From NCBI RefSeq assembly GCF_009914755.1, contig NC_060939.1: a stretch of 64,000 bases of DNA; one strand, 5' to 3'. The stretch is from the human T2T-CHM13v2.0 reference genome, Homo sapiens. Under the pieces are notes generated by a model. It ran no database searches. It was not told the origin of the DNA and saw only the letters and a list, made by a program, of their open reading frames with translations. The position numbers were made by a program, and so were the translations under genes. Positions 25,480 to 47,178 of this stretch are shown here, piece after piece. Position 1 is the first letter of the stretch. Each line of letters starts with the position of its first letter.

Positions 25480-28400
25480 TTTTTAAAGATCTCTGTTTAG
25501 AATGCTAACTATTGCCTTCTGGATAGAATCACAACTCTTTACCACAATCAACACAGCTTCAACCCTGCTTCTATATCCAGCCTCATCTATTATTTCCGCT
25601 CCTCCTCCTTATTTTCCTTCTGGCCATGCTGATGGATTGTCAGCTTCCCAGATGTGCAAGAATCTCTCCTCCCTTCCCGACATTCTCATGCTCTCCCTCT
25701 GCCTCTCAAGAACTTCCTGTCCCATCTCTCATGACGAATCTCTTCTTCATTCTTTAAGATGCAGCTCCTTTGCTCCTTCCTTAAAGATGTCTGTCTGGCT
25801 CTATTTTGGGTGACATGCTCCTTCTGCATCTCCCAGAGCCAGCCTGTGTGTGTCAGCTACAGCATTTATTTGCATCTCTGTGTCATATATCACCAAATCT
25901 GCCTAAGCTTGCGTGAGTCACTGCATGACAACTTCAGCCTCCACCAGCATTGTCCCCACTAACCATGAGGCTTAGATATTTGTCCAGTATGCTCGGGGTT
26001 GTGGAGTGGTAGCAGTAACCAACTGGTGAGCATCATTTCTTACATCAGAATCAAATATGTAGATCTCTGCAATTCATAAGTATTTGGAGTTTAAAATTAG
26101 CATAAAGATTTTCTTTAAAATAAGAACAAATGGCTTGAGTAGGCTTTTGGAATGTATAATACTTCTGCTGGCTCCTTTCAGTGTTCAGTATTCCCACATG
26201 AATCTAAACACAACTCTGCTCTTAGTAGCTGTGTGACCCTGGGAAAGTCACTCAATCTCCCTCAGCTAAATTTTGTTGTGTGAGTAATGAGAAGAGAGTT
26301 GTGATTTGTATTTAATGAGTAATAACAAACAAAAGGCATTTAGCTTTCTGGAACCTGGTATGTAGTAGATCCTCATGAAATACTAACTCTGTTGATAAAA
26401 CTAGACTGAAAGAAGCTTTCAAAGTCAACAGCAGTATCATGCAGGGAAGGATGTAGATGAGAAGCTGCTGCTGCTGCTGCTGCAGCCTACAGCTCCTGGA
26501 GGCCCGTTTTGTCCATGATTTAGCAGGAATGCACTACCTTTCCATGAGGAGACACTGCCCACAGAAACCAAGGCCATTCTTTGAAGACAAACATGTTTTA
26601 ATAGCCTTTACATTATGTAATAGTGTAATATAAATAATAATTTATTTACATTATTCTGTTATAACTTTTGTACAGAGCTTTACACCTAGATATTCTGAAG
26701 TTGGTGGTCTGTGAGTGGCATCAAGTGGTGAGTGACACACTCTGACCTTGGGTAGAACAACACGTGCCCCTGCAGTTTGCTGAATTTCAGGGCATCACCA
26801 CCTGTTTTCAAGAGTGTTTTTTCCTATCCTCTAGAGTTTTGCCCACTTAAGCAATGGTTTTACTGTAATAAAGAATTACACTATTTATCAAAATATTACT
26901 TTGGAGAATACCGGTTCACATAGTTCATTTTCAAGTTTTCTTAAACTATCAGGCCCATAACTAATGCCAGTGGCTCCAAGGATGAGAAGGTAAAAAGGCC
27001 TTTTTTTTTGGGGGGGGGGGGCCAAGGCAAAAAAACACCACATTTCAAACTTTACCGTCTCATGCTAGTCCCTGGAAAATTAGAAGTGAACACACTCCCC
27101 TCCCAGCCCAATCACAGCTAACGAATAACCAAGATCTCCTGCAGGTGCCTTTGCCTTGGCTTTGTGAGCCTGGAGTTGCTGGCTGGCACTGGGCAGCAGG
27201 CAGCAGAGCTGGTCCCATTTCTCCATGCTTTACCCACTCTTTGGGGGACACAGGCACATTGAACAACCTGGGTCCTGGCCTGGCGCTGGCTGGGAAGCTA
27301 TTTGATGTCAGGCTGAATGTGGACTTCTGAGTTGAAAAGAGAGTATGGGTCACCCTGCCCCACTTACTCATTTTACCAAGAATGAAAATGGGGATCTATT
27401 CCAGACATGATAGTATACATTGTAAGGCTGTGCAAGCTTGCTGCACTTGTATCCACTCAGCACACACTTACTGAGTGCCAAGTGTCTCCAGCATGAAAGG
27501 CGCTCTAGTTCCCGGGGTCCCACCCTCCACAGAGGACAGCAGCACCTTGAGGGACGGAGGTGCAAAGAGCAAGGTGGGGGCTCTTCTGCTGGAGAGGCAG
27601 CTAGGGAGGGTCCTTAGAAGAAGTGACAGCTGAGTTCTTCTCTGAAGGGTGAAGCTGAATTACTTGAAGCTTAGGGTGAAGGGGTGTCCAGGGAAGTGGA
27701 GCCTGTGAGCCAAAAGCATAATGACTTGTCCAGAGAAGTGTAACAAGTTCCATATTGTTTCTATGCCAAATCTGCACAAGAGTCACCACAGGAAAGAGCA
27801 GGATCCTGGAGCCAGGGCCTTGGATTTCATCTGCTGGCAATGGAAATGTTCACTGGCAATTTTGGGGGGCAAAACATGAAAATGTTTCCTCTTAGCTCCA
27901 ATTCTCTGTCTCTCTGTCTCTTTCTGTCCCTCTCTCTCTCCTTTATCTTTAATTTTTGTATTATCCTAAGAAAACACAGATGTCTCAGACATGGGGATTA
28001 GCAGCCTGCCTCTTTCTGGATGACTTCAGGGGAGCACTTCAGCCTCTGTGAGCTTATTTACAATAATTCACAAATCTTGCCAAAAAAAAAAAGTCATGGT
28101 AGCAGAGGTTAGAAAATCTCCTAGTGTTTCTTCTGACACTTTGAATTTATGATTAATATGTTTAATCTTCATCTTCTGAAAAGTCACCAGTTACACAGTC
28201 AGGACCATAAAGGGAGTCTGTTTCTGTGGTTTGTGGCTTCAACAGTCAAAGGTTTTGCAGCAACAGCATTGCATGTGGGTTTTAGGCTGATGATGCTCAA
28301 CAGTGGACAATTCTCTTCACCTGCCTGGGCCCCACTGCCCGCCCTTCCAAACAGTGCAGGGTCACAGCTGAGCTCTCTGAGACACCTCACAGGATCTCAG

Positions 28401-29430
28401 CTTCTAAACTATCAAGTGTCTTCTAGGTGAAGGCTTGGTCTCATAGCCTTTGTGGTTTCCTCCAGGTAACACTTGGTTTTCTGACCTAACCCTGGTATAT
28501 GTGTGACACATGTGTGAATGTGCTCCCTGTGGCAGCGCTGAGGAAGGACTCAGTCATCACAGATGCTGAAACGCAAATGCAGTGTGCTTTTTTCCAACAT
28601 CTCCAGTCTTGTATTATTTTTACCCATCAGCCCATTTGAAAAAGAAAAAAAAAAGCCTCCTGTTAGAATTAAATCCCCTCTGGAGATAATGAGTATTTTT
28701 TAAATCTTTCATTTTTTTTATATAGTCATGTTTGCTCCCAGTTCCTGCCAGGATCCACTAGAGGGCAGAGACAACTGTGTGTATTTGTGTAGCACTTGCT
28801 GAGTGGTAATAAAAACAGACACCCTGCCCTCCCGGAGCCAACCTCCAGTGCCAGGGCAAGCAGCAGCAAGTAAGAAAACCTTGGTTTCTGTATCTGCATC
28901 AGCTACACAGTGCTTGCACACAGGAGATATCAGCCAGTTTTCTCAGTTAAAGAGACAGAAACAAAATGTGTCCTCACTACTTTTTGAATTTACCATGTTA
29001 TCTAATATTTTAACTTAATTGAATAAATAAACTCCCTATGCATCTGGACACATGCATGGAAAATTCACAAACATTTCAAACCAAAACAGAGTATTTTGCC
29101 AAAAGAAAATTTCTTAGATATGTGAAGTTCACTTTTTTCTTTTAGTGATTTTAATGTAATGAAATTGAAAACTCTGTGCTTCTAAAAGACTTTTTAAGGA
29201 GCACGGTATTTTTCCATTTTGAAAAAAAATTGGCAAAATATCTTCTACTATAGATAGAAGGTAATTGGCTGAGGGTAATAAACAGAAGATTAAAAAACAA
29301 CCTTTATCCCCTGATATTCTGTCAAGGGCTACAGTGAATTACACACCCTGGCATGGGTTTGTACACCATGTGCTGGAAGCCAGCAGTCATGCAGGCCATG
29401 CTCTCCCACACTTAGAAAAGAAGCCCATAA

Positions 29431-31383
29431 TTTGAGATGACATGATTATATATTTAGAAAACCTCATCATCTCTGCCCAAAATCTCCTTACGCTGATAAG
29501 CAACTTCAGCAAAGTCTCAGGACACAAAATCAATGTGCAAAAATCACAAGCATTCTTATACACCAATAACAGACAAACAGAGAGCCAAATCATGAGTGAA
29601 CTCCCATTCACAATTGCTTCAAAGAGAATAAAATACCTAGGAATCAAACTTACAAGGGATGTGAAGGACTTCTTCAAGGAGAACTACAAACCACTGCTCG
29701 ATGAAATAAAAGAGGACACAAACAAATGGAACAACATTCCATGCTCATGGATAGGAAGAATCAATATCATGAAAATGGCCATACTGCCCAAGGTAATTTA
29801 TAGATTCAATGCCATTTGCATCAAGCTACCAATGAATTTCTTTGCAGAATTGGAAAAAACTACTTTAAAGTTCATATGGAACCAAAAAAGAGCCTGCATT
29901 GCCAAGACAATCCTAAGCCAAAAGAACAAACCTGGAGGCATCACACTACCTGAATTCGAACTATACTACAAGGCTACAGTAACAAAAACAGATTGGTATT
30001 GGTACCAAAACAGAGATATACACCAATGGAACAGAGCAGAGCCATCAGAAATAATACCACACATCTACAACCATCTGATCTTTGAGAAACCTGACAAAAA
30101 CAAGCAATGGGGAAAGGATTCCCTATTTAATAAATGGTGCTTGGAAAACTGGCTAGCCATACATAGAAAGCTGAAACTGGATCCCTTCCTTACACTTTAT
30201 ACAAAAATTAATTCAAGATGGATTAAAGACTTACATGTTAGACCTAAAACCATAAAAACCCTAGAAGAAAACCTAGGCAATACCATTCAGGACATAGGCA
30301 TGGGCAAGGACTTCATGCCTAAAACACCGAAAGCAATGGCAACAAAAGCCAAAATGCACAAATGGGATCTAATTAAACTAAAGAGCTTCTGCACAGAAAA
30401 AGAAACTACCATCAGAGTGAACAGGCAACCTACAGAATGGGAGAAAATTTTTGCAATCTACCCATCTGACAAAGGACTAATATCCAGAATCTACAAAGAA
30501 CTCAAATTTATAAGAAATAAAACAAACAACCTCATCAAGAAGTGGGCAAAGGATATGAACAGACACTTCTCAAAAGAAGGCATTTTGTGCAGCCAACAGA
30601 CACGTGAAAAAATGCTCATCACTGGCCATCAGAGAAATGCAAATCAAAACCACAATGAGATACCATCTCACACCAGTTAGAATGGCGATCATTAAAAAGT
30701 CAGGAAACAACAAGTGCTGGAGAGGATGTGGAGAAATAGGAACACTTTTACACTGTTGGTGGGACTGTAAACTAGTTCAACCATTGTAGAAGATGGTGTG
30801 GTGATTCCTCAAGGATCTAGAACTAGAAATACCATTTGACCCAGCCATCCCATTACTTGGTATATACCCAAAGGATTATAAATCATGCTGCTATAAAGAC
30901 ACATGCACACGTATGTTTATCGCAGTGCTATTCACAACAGCAAAGACTTGGAACCAACCCAAATGTCCATCAATGATAGACTGGATTAAGAAAATGTGGT
31001 ACATATACACCGTGGAATACTGTGCAGCCATAAAAAAGGATGAGTTCATTTCCTTTGTAGGGGCATGGATGAAGCTGGAAACCATCATTCTCAGCAAACT
31101 ATCACAAGCACAAGAAACCAAACACTGCATGTTCTCACTCATAGGTGGGAATTGAACAATGAGAACACTTGGACACAGGAAGGGGAACATCACACACCGG
31201 GGCCTGTTGTGGGGTGGGGGAAGGGGGGAGGGAAAGCATTAGGAGATATACCTAATGTAAATGACGAGGTAATGGGTGTAGCACACCAACATGGCACATG
31301 TATACATATGTAACAAACCTGCACGTTGTGCACATGTACCCTAGAACTTAAAGTATAATAATAAAAAAAAGAGTGAAAAAAAT
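29431..31383 (+). mobile_element. 5'-truncated L1PA (L1PA5-like), ORF2 C-terminal half
   Basis: 412-aa ORF2 fragment at 29442-30680 starting at the FADD region; 3'UTR CCCTAGAACTTAAAGTATAAT; TSD AAAGAAGCCCAT at 29417-29428 and 31384-31395. Confidence 0.96.
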
Positions 31384-33700
31384 AAAGAAGCCCATGAGAA
31401 AGATCTCCATCAAGTTCACGCGGAATGAACTCCAGCAAGACCTGGAAAATGCTCAGTTCCACAAAATATCTGCGTCCAAATACTTTGAGTGCACAGCTCT
31501 GGCATCAGGTTACTGTGAGGACAGACCCTGAGATGGATTTCTGGATGGAGGCTGCTGCTGGAGGAGACAATGTCACTGCAGATGGCTCATGCTGCTCCCA
31601 TGCTGCAGGGGCCAGTGATTTGGGGCTCCCACCTGCTGTCCCGTTGGGGAACTGCGGAGATTCACCCCAGCTGGGTGGACTCTGCTGTGTCTCCTGTCAA
31701 GAATCTCCTCAGCTTACCTTGGTTTTTCCTTTTTAAATACTCTCTGGTGTTTTCCTCTCCAGTGGGGGCTGCATCTCACCTTAGAAGAAAAGATTTTCCA
31801 ACTAGGGGCTGTCTTGGTAGCTGGTCCAGAAGAAGGTCTCCTCTCTCTGGAGTGAGGTCCAGCCAAGTAACTCCAGCCAGAACTCTCACTGAGTGCGGCT
31901 GGATCTGCCTTGCTCTCCTCCCATCCTCCTGTGGACTGTGGAAACCCATCCATGCCCTATGCAAAGTCCTGCATCTCAGACTGTAAAATGGCAGAAGCTG
32001 AATTTAAAATAAATGATTATATTGACTCTATGAGGGAAACAGAGTTCTGAGGTAGGCAATTGGTAAGCAAGCAATTATGTGTAACTTGTTAGAACACTAG
32101 GGTGTTTTTTGTCTTACTGATTATTTTCTGGTTAACAGGCTGGCTAGGAGCCAGAGGGAGAGAAAGCTGGCTGGGAATTGAGAGGCATGAAGTCACCTCA
32201 GTCCCAACATTTCCATGTAAATGATGATGCGAGATGGGCTGGTGGCAGGAGTCCCTGGAAATCCTCACAATCTCAGCTTTTAACTTCTGTAAAATATTAT
32301 GTCATTTATGATCTCTTTAACAAATAACTTTTTTTCTAATTATAAAAGTGTATATTCTCTTTGGAGGATCTTTGGTAAATATAAAATGAGTTATAAGAAA
32401 AAGAAAAATTCATAATTTTATCACTCAAATTTTGATAATTATATTCCTGCACTTTTAATGAAATGTAGAAATTTTAGATTATACTGTACATAAAATGTTT
32501 CTGTTTTTTCATCCAATATTGGATCATAAACGTCTTACATGGCATAAGCTATATATGTAAATCAACTATTTCCACACCTGGATGCTTGATTTAACCCTCC
32601 TTATACTGTTAGCCATTTAAATGATTTCTACTTTATCCTATGAATAACACTTCCACCAGTTATTATTCTTATATATAACTCATTCAATCATTTCATAATC
32701 TTGTTGAGCATTTATTTATAATTTGGTTGCCTATTACCTGAGTGGATTGTGGTTATATGTTTATATGCTTATTCCAAATATAGTGCTAAGATTAGCATTA
32801 GAGACAGCAAAATATTTACAGGTTTTGAAACTAGAAGGAGCCAAACAAATCCATGATCCAGCTCTGCATACTCTCACCCAGCCTTAGTTCTCTCACACAG
32901 AAAGTGAAGACAGTGCTATTTGCCTTGTGGCATTGCTGTGAACTTAAAGAAGGCACCGATTGTACACACAGCAGTGCGCAGACCGTGGAAGGCTGGGCTC
33001 CGACCAACTCTAAGGACAATCACCATCGGATGCCCCACGATCCTACTCTCAGGATGCCCATATGCCATATGCCATGTGAGTGTCACTCAGTGAACACATA
33101 TTTGTTGATTATAAATTACTCCCATGCTGTTTTCTTTGTTTTACATGTTCACAAATCTGTAAAAACAAAGTTACAATTATGAAATTAAAAGTTAACTAAA
33201 GGAGGAGATTTTCATTATCTCTGAAATGTAACCCCCCAAATCCAGATTATAAAGCAAGGAAATGTCTTATGGCCCAACACTTGCCATCAATACTTTTTTT
33301 ATGTTAGTGGGCAGGGGAGGGTAGTGAAAATGAAGGAATCAGAGCTCCGATGGGTGCACATTGTCTTCCCTACAAATCCATTGCTTGTCCAGCCTTCCTT
33401 CCTCATTGGGGTTGCTCTATCCTTTTCCACACATTTGAACTGCTCCCCTGTAGGCCTTTCTCATTTGCTTTACTTCCTAGTCTGAATTCCATGGGACCCA
33501 CATTTAAGGAGAGGGGAACAACTCTGGGACTGGAGGAAGTTCACCTTATGAGTTATACCTGCCTCCTTCCTCTACAGTGAACGGTCTCTGGTGTCCCTGG
33601 GTGTTCAGTTTCTTTCCACTCATGTGTTACTGACTGTTCAGGTGGCAAATGGCCCATGACCTTTATGGGATTAAAAAGAAAAAAAATAAAAAGCTGTGTT

Positions 33701-34502
33701 TCTTTTTTTTTAACTTTTATTTTAGGTTAGGGGGTACACGGGAGGGTTTGTTATACAGTTAAATATGTGTCACAGGGGTTTGTTGTACCTGTTATTTCAT
33801 CATCCAGGTATTAGGCCCAGTATCCAATAGTTATCTTTTCTGCTCCTCTCCCTCCTCCCACCCTCCCCCCATCAAGTAGACCCCAGTGTCTTTTGTTTCC
33901 TTCTTTGTGTTCACAAGTTCTTATCATTTAGCTCCCACTTATAAGTTAGAACATGCTGTATTTGGTTTTCTATTCCTGCGTTAGTTTGCTAAGGATAATA
34001 CCCATCAGCTTCATCCATACTAATGCAAAAGACATAATCTCATTCTTTTTTATGGCTGCATATTATTCCATGGTGTATATGTAGCACATTTTCTTTATCC
34101 AATCCGTGACTGATGAGTATTTGGGTTGATTCTATGTCTTTGCTATTGTGAATAGTGCTGCAATGAACATTTGCATGCATGTAACTTCATGGTAGAATGA
34201 TTTATATTCATCTGGGTATATAACCAGTAATGGGATTGCTAGGTCAAATGTTGTAGTTCTGCTTTTAGCTCTTTGAGGAATCACCATACTGCTTTCCACC
34301 ACAGTTGAATTAACTTACACTCCCACCAATGGTGTATACATGTTCACTTTTCCCTGCAACCTTGCCAACTTCTGTTAGTTTTTTACTTTTTAGTAATAGC
34401 CATTCTGACTGGTGTGAGATGGTGCCTCACTGTGGTTTTGATGAGCATTTCTCTAGTGATCAGTGATCTAGAGCTTTTTTCCATATGCTTGTTTGCCACG
34501 TT

Positions 34503-34535
<33 letters not shown>

Positions 34536-35315
34536 CTTTCTTAGCCCGAGTCTCGCTCTGTCACCCAGGCCAGAGTGCAGTGGTGTGATCTCAGCTAACT
34601 GCAAGCTCTGCCTCCTTGGTTCACGCCATTCTCCTGCCTCAGCCTCCCAAGTAGCTGGGACTACAGGTGCCTGCCACCACACCCGGCTAATTTTTTGTAT
34701 TTTTAGTAGAGACGGGGTTTCACCATGTTAGTCAGGATGGTCTCAATCTCCTGACGTTGTGATCCACCCTCCTTGGCCTCCCAAAATGCAGGAATTACAG
34801 GCGTGAGCCACCACGCCCAGCACACATGTTTGTCTCCTTTGGGGAAGTGTCTCTTTATGTCCTTGGCCCACTTTTTAATGGGGTTGTTTTTCTCTTGTAA
34901 ATTTGTTTAAGTTCCTTATAGATGCTGGATATTAGACCTTTGTCAGATGCATAGTTTGTAAATACTTTCTCCCAATCTGCAAGTTGCCTGTTTACTTTGT
35001 TGATAGTTTCTTTTGCAGTGTAGAAGCTCTTTAGTTTAACTAGATCCCACTTGTCAATTTTTGCTTTCATTGCTATTGCTTTTGTTGTCTTTGTCATGAA
35101 ATCTTTGCCTGTTCTTATGTCCAGGATGGTATTGCCTAGGTTGTCTTCCAGGGTTTTTATATTTTTGGGTTTTACACTTAAGTCTTTAATCCATCCTGAG
35201 TTCATTTTTGTGTATTGTGTAAGAAAGGGGCCCAGCTCAATCTTCAGCATGTGGCTAGCCAGTTATCCCAGCACCATTTATTGAACGGAGTCTTTTCCCC
35301 ATTGCTTGTTTGTCA
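33701..35315 (-). mobile_element. Older L1PA (L1PA13-15-like) 3' fragment, interrupted by an Alu
   Basis: Antisense L1 3'UTR and ORF2 tail ([17 protein letters not shown] 34855-35250). Confidence 0.88.
34507..34822 (-). mobile_element. AluY-like inside L1, long T tail
   Basis: Antisense full Alu with CACGCCATTCTCCTGCC and GGGACTACAGG diagnostics. Confidence 0.93.
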
Positions 35316-36849
35316 GAAAAGCTATTCCTAAGGCTTTGCCCAACATACCTTTAACTTTTGACCATATCTTTCCCCTGGTCAATAGGCTCCAGGAAATGGG
35401 ACAGGATGCTTGGAAATAAAGAGCTAACCCTGAGACAATGCAGGTGAACACAGACTAGCTTCTGCATAATAAGTAAACAAAATATGTGTCTTTCATTCAA
35501 TATTAAACAATGATAGACTGAGTATTTAAGCATGTTACCATTACAGGTATGCAAGTGCCTAACTATGACTTAAATTGTAGAGCCTCAGATTTTAGATCTG
35601 GAAGAGCCATGGGTTTTAATCCATGCTGGGAGAGGCTCAAGCTTACTCTGGAGAAACACATAGTTTGGGGAGGCTGGAGACCGAGGGGTGGGCTCCCATT
35701 CCCCAGGTCCTTCAATGAGTCTGATCTATTTTATAAATCAGTTATTGGAAAATGATTCAAACAACTCAGCCCAATTCCCTATTATTTGGTCTAGGCCATC
35801 AGCCCTCAGGCTTCTTGCCACTGCAGCTGTGGGCTCCCACTCTCCACCTGCTCTCCTGCTCAGGTTGGGGCAGCCAAAGACCTTCTCTTCCTGGGGAGAG
35901 AGGTTAGGGAGGGACCATTTTTTGATTATTTGAGGGTGTGGTTCAGTTGTAAACAGTGTAAATTTTAGAATTTGTGTTATTGTGATGGCAATGACCAACT
36001 GCAAAATATTTCCCATTTGCCTTGTAATAACAAGAGCATGTACTTTATGCAATTGAAGTTTTTGGACCCTACTTATTTACTTTACTTTATTAAGAATAGT
36101 AACATTTGAGCAGAGAAGAGTTCTAATTTTGCATCAGAGTCAAAAGTGAAAATGAAAGGAACTGACCCATGAAGGAACAGGTGTGAGCTATTTACTTCAT
36201 TCCTGCCCATCCTGGTTGATGTTGAGCTCTTGCCCTGCATCCCACTTTCAAATGTGGTGGATGCCTCACCTAGGAAAGGCCCTCACCACGCTGGCTTGCT
36301 CTGCTCACTAACTGTACTTACTTCTCTTAATCCCCTATGAACACTCTTTTCTAGGTTGGGTGTGTTTTCCGTAATAAAAAGGTATTGTTGCACCACTTAT
36401 TCAGGGCTTTTTGGATGCCATGCTAAGCATTTCATAGTCATGAGCTCATTGTATAAACTACCCTTTATAACACTCCTATGAATTCATATTCCCATATGAA
36501 TTGGCCTGAGGAAGTGGCATGCTGGAGAGATTAAGTAATTGAATGACAGCTTACAGTTAATTACTGAGGGGATTTGGGTTTGGACATAGATCTGTGATTC
36601 AAACACTCATGTCTATAACCACAAGTGCTGCCACATCATTTGCATCAGGATTAAGAATCCCTGCTGGCAGGCCTGGGAAGACGCATTGTAACCAGATAAG
36701 AGGTAATTACCACATTTACTGAGTGGTGAGAACCACTGTACTGCCTTTCAGAGAATGCCAGGCGCCCCTGTGTTTGTCTCAGTGTCTCCAGCTTGAATTG
36801 CTTCACCCCTGGCTCTCAGCAATGTTGCTCCTCTCTCCTGCATGGATCA

Positions 36850-42165
<5,316 letters not shown>

Positions 42166-43622
42166 AAACCATTTTTTACTCTTTTAAATGCTTCCTTCAA
42201 AGAACAAAGTTGTTTTTGGTGAAATACAATTTTTCCATTTTTTTCTTTAAGTTTCTGAATTACAATTAATTGGAATTTTAATCTACTGGTTACTGTGTTG
42301 GACAGCATGGGTCAGAAGAAGAGATGAAAAATAACAAAAAATTAATAAATGGTGATAACAGTTGATAAAAAAGCAAGCATGACATTGATTTAGACAAATG
42401 TGGTTGTTGAGAGTGATTGTGGACCACTCTCCATTAGGGTGTTCAGGAAAGGCCTTTTTTAAGTGACCTGTAACTCATATCAGTGAAAAAGAACATGCTA
42501 TAAAAAGATTCCACAAAGTGAGAGCATTAAGCTCAAAGGTCCTGAGGTAGGTGTGTTTGAGGAGCTGGTGTGTAGCTGCTGTATAAGAAGTCAACCTCCT
42601 TATTTTCAGGTACATTTATTATTATTTTAACCCCAAGCAGAATTGCCTAGCTGGGTCCCTCACCTTTACACAATAGTCATAGGATTTGACTGTTATCAAA
42701 AAGTAAATCCACTCTCAGAGACCATAGATTTCCTATTACTGAGGTTCTTCAAAAGAATATGTAATCAATTTATATAGTAATTCCTAAAAATGAGATCCTA
42801 AAATATAGTAGCATGCAGATGAAGCATAGCTAATGCTTTAAATTATTCTGTAATAATGCATTCCTGAGGATATCCAAATTTTCACAGAACAGTTTTAATG
42901 AAATGGAAGCACATACTGGAATCATTTTAGTTAGGGATGATTTGTATCAGACTAAAACACTCTGACCTTTTGGTTTCACATACTAATTGAAAACTGTTTA
43001 GGATGAATGTTGAAATAGGGAAGAGAGACTTACAGGCTCAGAAAGCTAGGGAAGTGAAAATAATTGTAAAACAGCTCTAACATTTTTAAATGTAGCAGCT
43101 GCTGTTGTGAACTTCATTCTGCCTTTTCTTTCTAATTCTCTGGGTCCAGATCTGTTTACACCACCTCCTGGTACAACACCCCTAAGAGCTGACTTTGGCA
43201 GTTGTGTATCTCTGTTACTGGGGCTTGAATTAAACATCTTAGTGAACAAACTTTAGCTTTACTCTTCAATACTGAAAAAAAAAATGTTATGCCCATGGTT
43301 AAACCAGTATCCTACTCAATCCTTCTGTGATGTTACTCACAAAATGAATTGCATAAAATCGGATACCTGAGATTGTTTTGGCTGGGAGGATCCTTGAATT
43401 ATAAAGATTAAATTAGATTAATCAGGAATGACCTCTGTTACTCCTTATGGGGACATTCAACTTCTGACTGAACTTTTTTTTTCCTTTAAAATTGGGGTAA
43501 TAGCCCATATCCTCCACATCTCAGAAGGTTCATTTTTATTGGTCCAAAGGAAGTATATGAAAACACTTCCAAAAAAAGTGTAGGTGTTATCAGTATATCA
43601 TACCATGTGAGAGAAGGTGTAA

Positions 43623-43948
<326 letters not shown>

Positions 43949-44968
43949 AGGAGTTTGGTTTTTAAAAATTTAACACAAGAACATGTATATGCATTTGAAT
44001 GTACACCAGCCTTTAAAGCAGTCACCATTGGAAGCCATATATACCAAATATCATGAGGGAGAAACTGGAACAAAAAGATGAGTTGGCTATAACTTACGGA
44101 AAAGTGAAGACAATTTCAAAAACCTCTTTATGTGAATGCTCAACTATATTTAAAACACATCAATTCTATGAGGTAGGTATTAACCCTTTCTTACAGAAGA
44201 AGGAACTGAACCCCATCAAGGCTACACATAATAAGTGGCAGAGGTGAAATTTGAACCCAGATCTACCAACTCCAAGTTTCTTTTCAATTTGACTATAACT
44301 GCATTTGTGATTGCTTGTGACATAAGACATACGAGAGAGTAGATTTGAATTATGTATAAGCAGCTGAGAAAAATGCAATTGAGGGACTTTTCTGAATTGA
44401 GAAAAGGATGACATTCTTTGGAGAGCAGACTTTCTACCCTCTCCATCTATCATTGAATGTTATATTCATTGCTGCCACTAGTTAAATATTAGGTAGACAT
44501 TGACTGGTAGTTACAATCAATGACACAGTCACTGGCCTAATTACTTTGGTGATTTTTATACCATGGTGTCTGACATTCCCAGGTGTTTTGTATAAGGCAC
44601 ACGTATTTCAAGAGCTCTTCAGCCAGGCCTAATCTCTATGCTGATGCCTCAGTCTTGCTTGCTGTTGGAAAGCTTGGCATATTCTCCAGACATAGTCAGA
44701 GGACTATATTTCAAAGCTATGTGTGGGTGCACTGAATTCTATGCCTCAGATGATTCCACTGTGGAAAATGATGTGGAAACCCAGTTGAAACGCTCTCACT
44801 TCAGTTAACTTTTATATCACAAATCTTAAGTCTGGAAAAGGAAAACAAACTCTTGTGTCCATACTTATTCTTTCTTAAGACGTGAAAACAATAGTACATT
44901 TTAACATGGCTGAAGAAAAATTAATTTATGTGACTGTTTATAGAATATAATATAGTTTTATAAGATAA

Positions 44969-45262
<294 letters not shown>

Positions 45263-45565
45263 AATATTTTACTTTTGTATACATCTAAAAAGTAATTATT
45301 AATTTTGAAGATTGAGTCTTCTAAGTTAAAATAGACAGTTGTAACTCATAGACAGAACGTTCACAAGTCACAGATACCTAAATAGTGCAGTTTTTGCTTT
45401 TAGTTCTGAAATGAAGATTGTCATGAAGCAGCTTATCACTCTCTGTGCCTTCACCATTCTCCTGGGTTATGATTTGGTGAAAAGGCTGCGGGAAAAAATG
45501 TGGAACATGTTCAACAGATAGGGAGAAGTGAGAAAGCCGATGGTACCTACAGAAATGAAATCCTT

Positions 45566-45867
<302 letters not shown>

Positions 45868-46199
45868 GAAATCCTCTCCAATCAACAAATTAGGTGACTG
45901 AATTCTTTCACAATTCTTGCATTTCCATTCAGGACTTGGTGGCTATTCTTTTCAAAGTAGAGGCATGTTGTGCCTTATAGTACCACATACAACTTAACAA
46001 AAATATGTAGTTATAAAACTTGCCTTCCTGGAGGGTATTTGTAGCTAAAAGTAAACTAGATTTCAACTTAGATTGCCAGTAAAACACATTATAAACTATA
46101 AAGTATTACAAAAATAGGTATATAATATTAAGGTTACATGTGTATCTAAATCTTCCCTAAATCTGAATTTGTTTTATTTGACAAAGTCTATAAACAACC

Positions 46200-46650
46200 C
46201 CAGGACAATAAAAATTGTATCCTCAGAAAGTTTGTCCCAATCCCCTTTCATCCTATCCCCAGCTGCATCTGCCTACAAGTCCCCAGCCTGCCCAGGCTCT
46301 GTAGCTTCTATACACCTGTTCCATTTCCAACTGTTCCTGTGTTGTATATTTTATAACAAACTGTTATACACAAGTACAGTGTTTGGCTGAGTTCTGTGAG
46401 TATTTTAATCAAATTCTCAAACTTGAGAAAGGGGTTATGGGAGTCCTCACTTCTTAGTAGCTCAGAAGTACGTATGGGTACCTGTGGTTTCTGACTGGCA
46501 TCTGCAGTAAGAGCAGTGTTGTGGGACTAAGCTCTGGACTCTAGGGCCTGTGCTGACTTTGGTGGTGTGAGATTTAAAATGTTAAACAACTAGTTGGTGT
46601 TGGAGAATTGCTTTGTATTCCTCAAACTCTACAGATGTAGTGTTAGAAGA
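46200..46650 (+). mobile_element. MER21-like LTR fragment
   Basis: CTGAGTTCTGTGAGT...GACTGGCATCTGCAGT...GTGGGACTAAGC...AACTAGTTGGTGT motif order; homologous to ~53480-53750. Confidence 0.6.
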
Positions 46651-46658
46651 AAGACATC

Positions 46659-46938
<280 letters not shown>

Positions 46939-46945
<7 letters not shown>

Positions 46946-47178
46946 AAGAAGAAGAAGAAGGAGAAGAACAAAGAAGAAGAAGAAGAAGAAGAACAAGAAC
47001 AAGAATAAGAACAAGAAGAACAAGAACAAGAAGAAGAAGAAGAAAGAAAAGAAGAAGAAGAAAGAAGAAGGAAGAGGAAGAGGAAGAAGAACAAGAGGAA
47101 GAAGAAGAAGAAGAAGAAGAAGAAGAAGAAGAAGAAGAAGAAGAAGAAGAAGAAGAAGAAGAAGAAGACGACGACGAC
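46939..47178 (+). repeat. GAA-rich compound microsatellite with pure (GAA)23 and (GAC)4
   Basis: Pure GAA run at 47098-47166, preceded by GAA/GAACAA/GAG variants. Confidence 0.95.

Noticed and set aside
26464-27021. Short (GCT)n run at ~26464 and T9G12 homopolymer at 27001-27021
   Set aside because: Too short to be notable, no coding or regulatory context, and homopolymer length is error-prone.
29350-31530. Frame across the L1 empty site reading ...KISASKYFECTALASG, reminiscent of Rho-family KYLECSAL
   Set aside because: Short match only; no G-box motifs or other similarity nearby.
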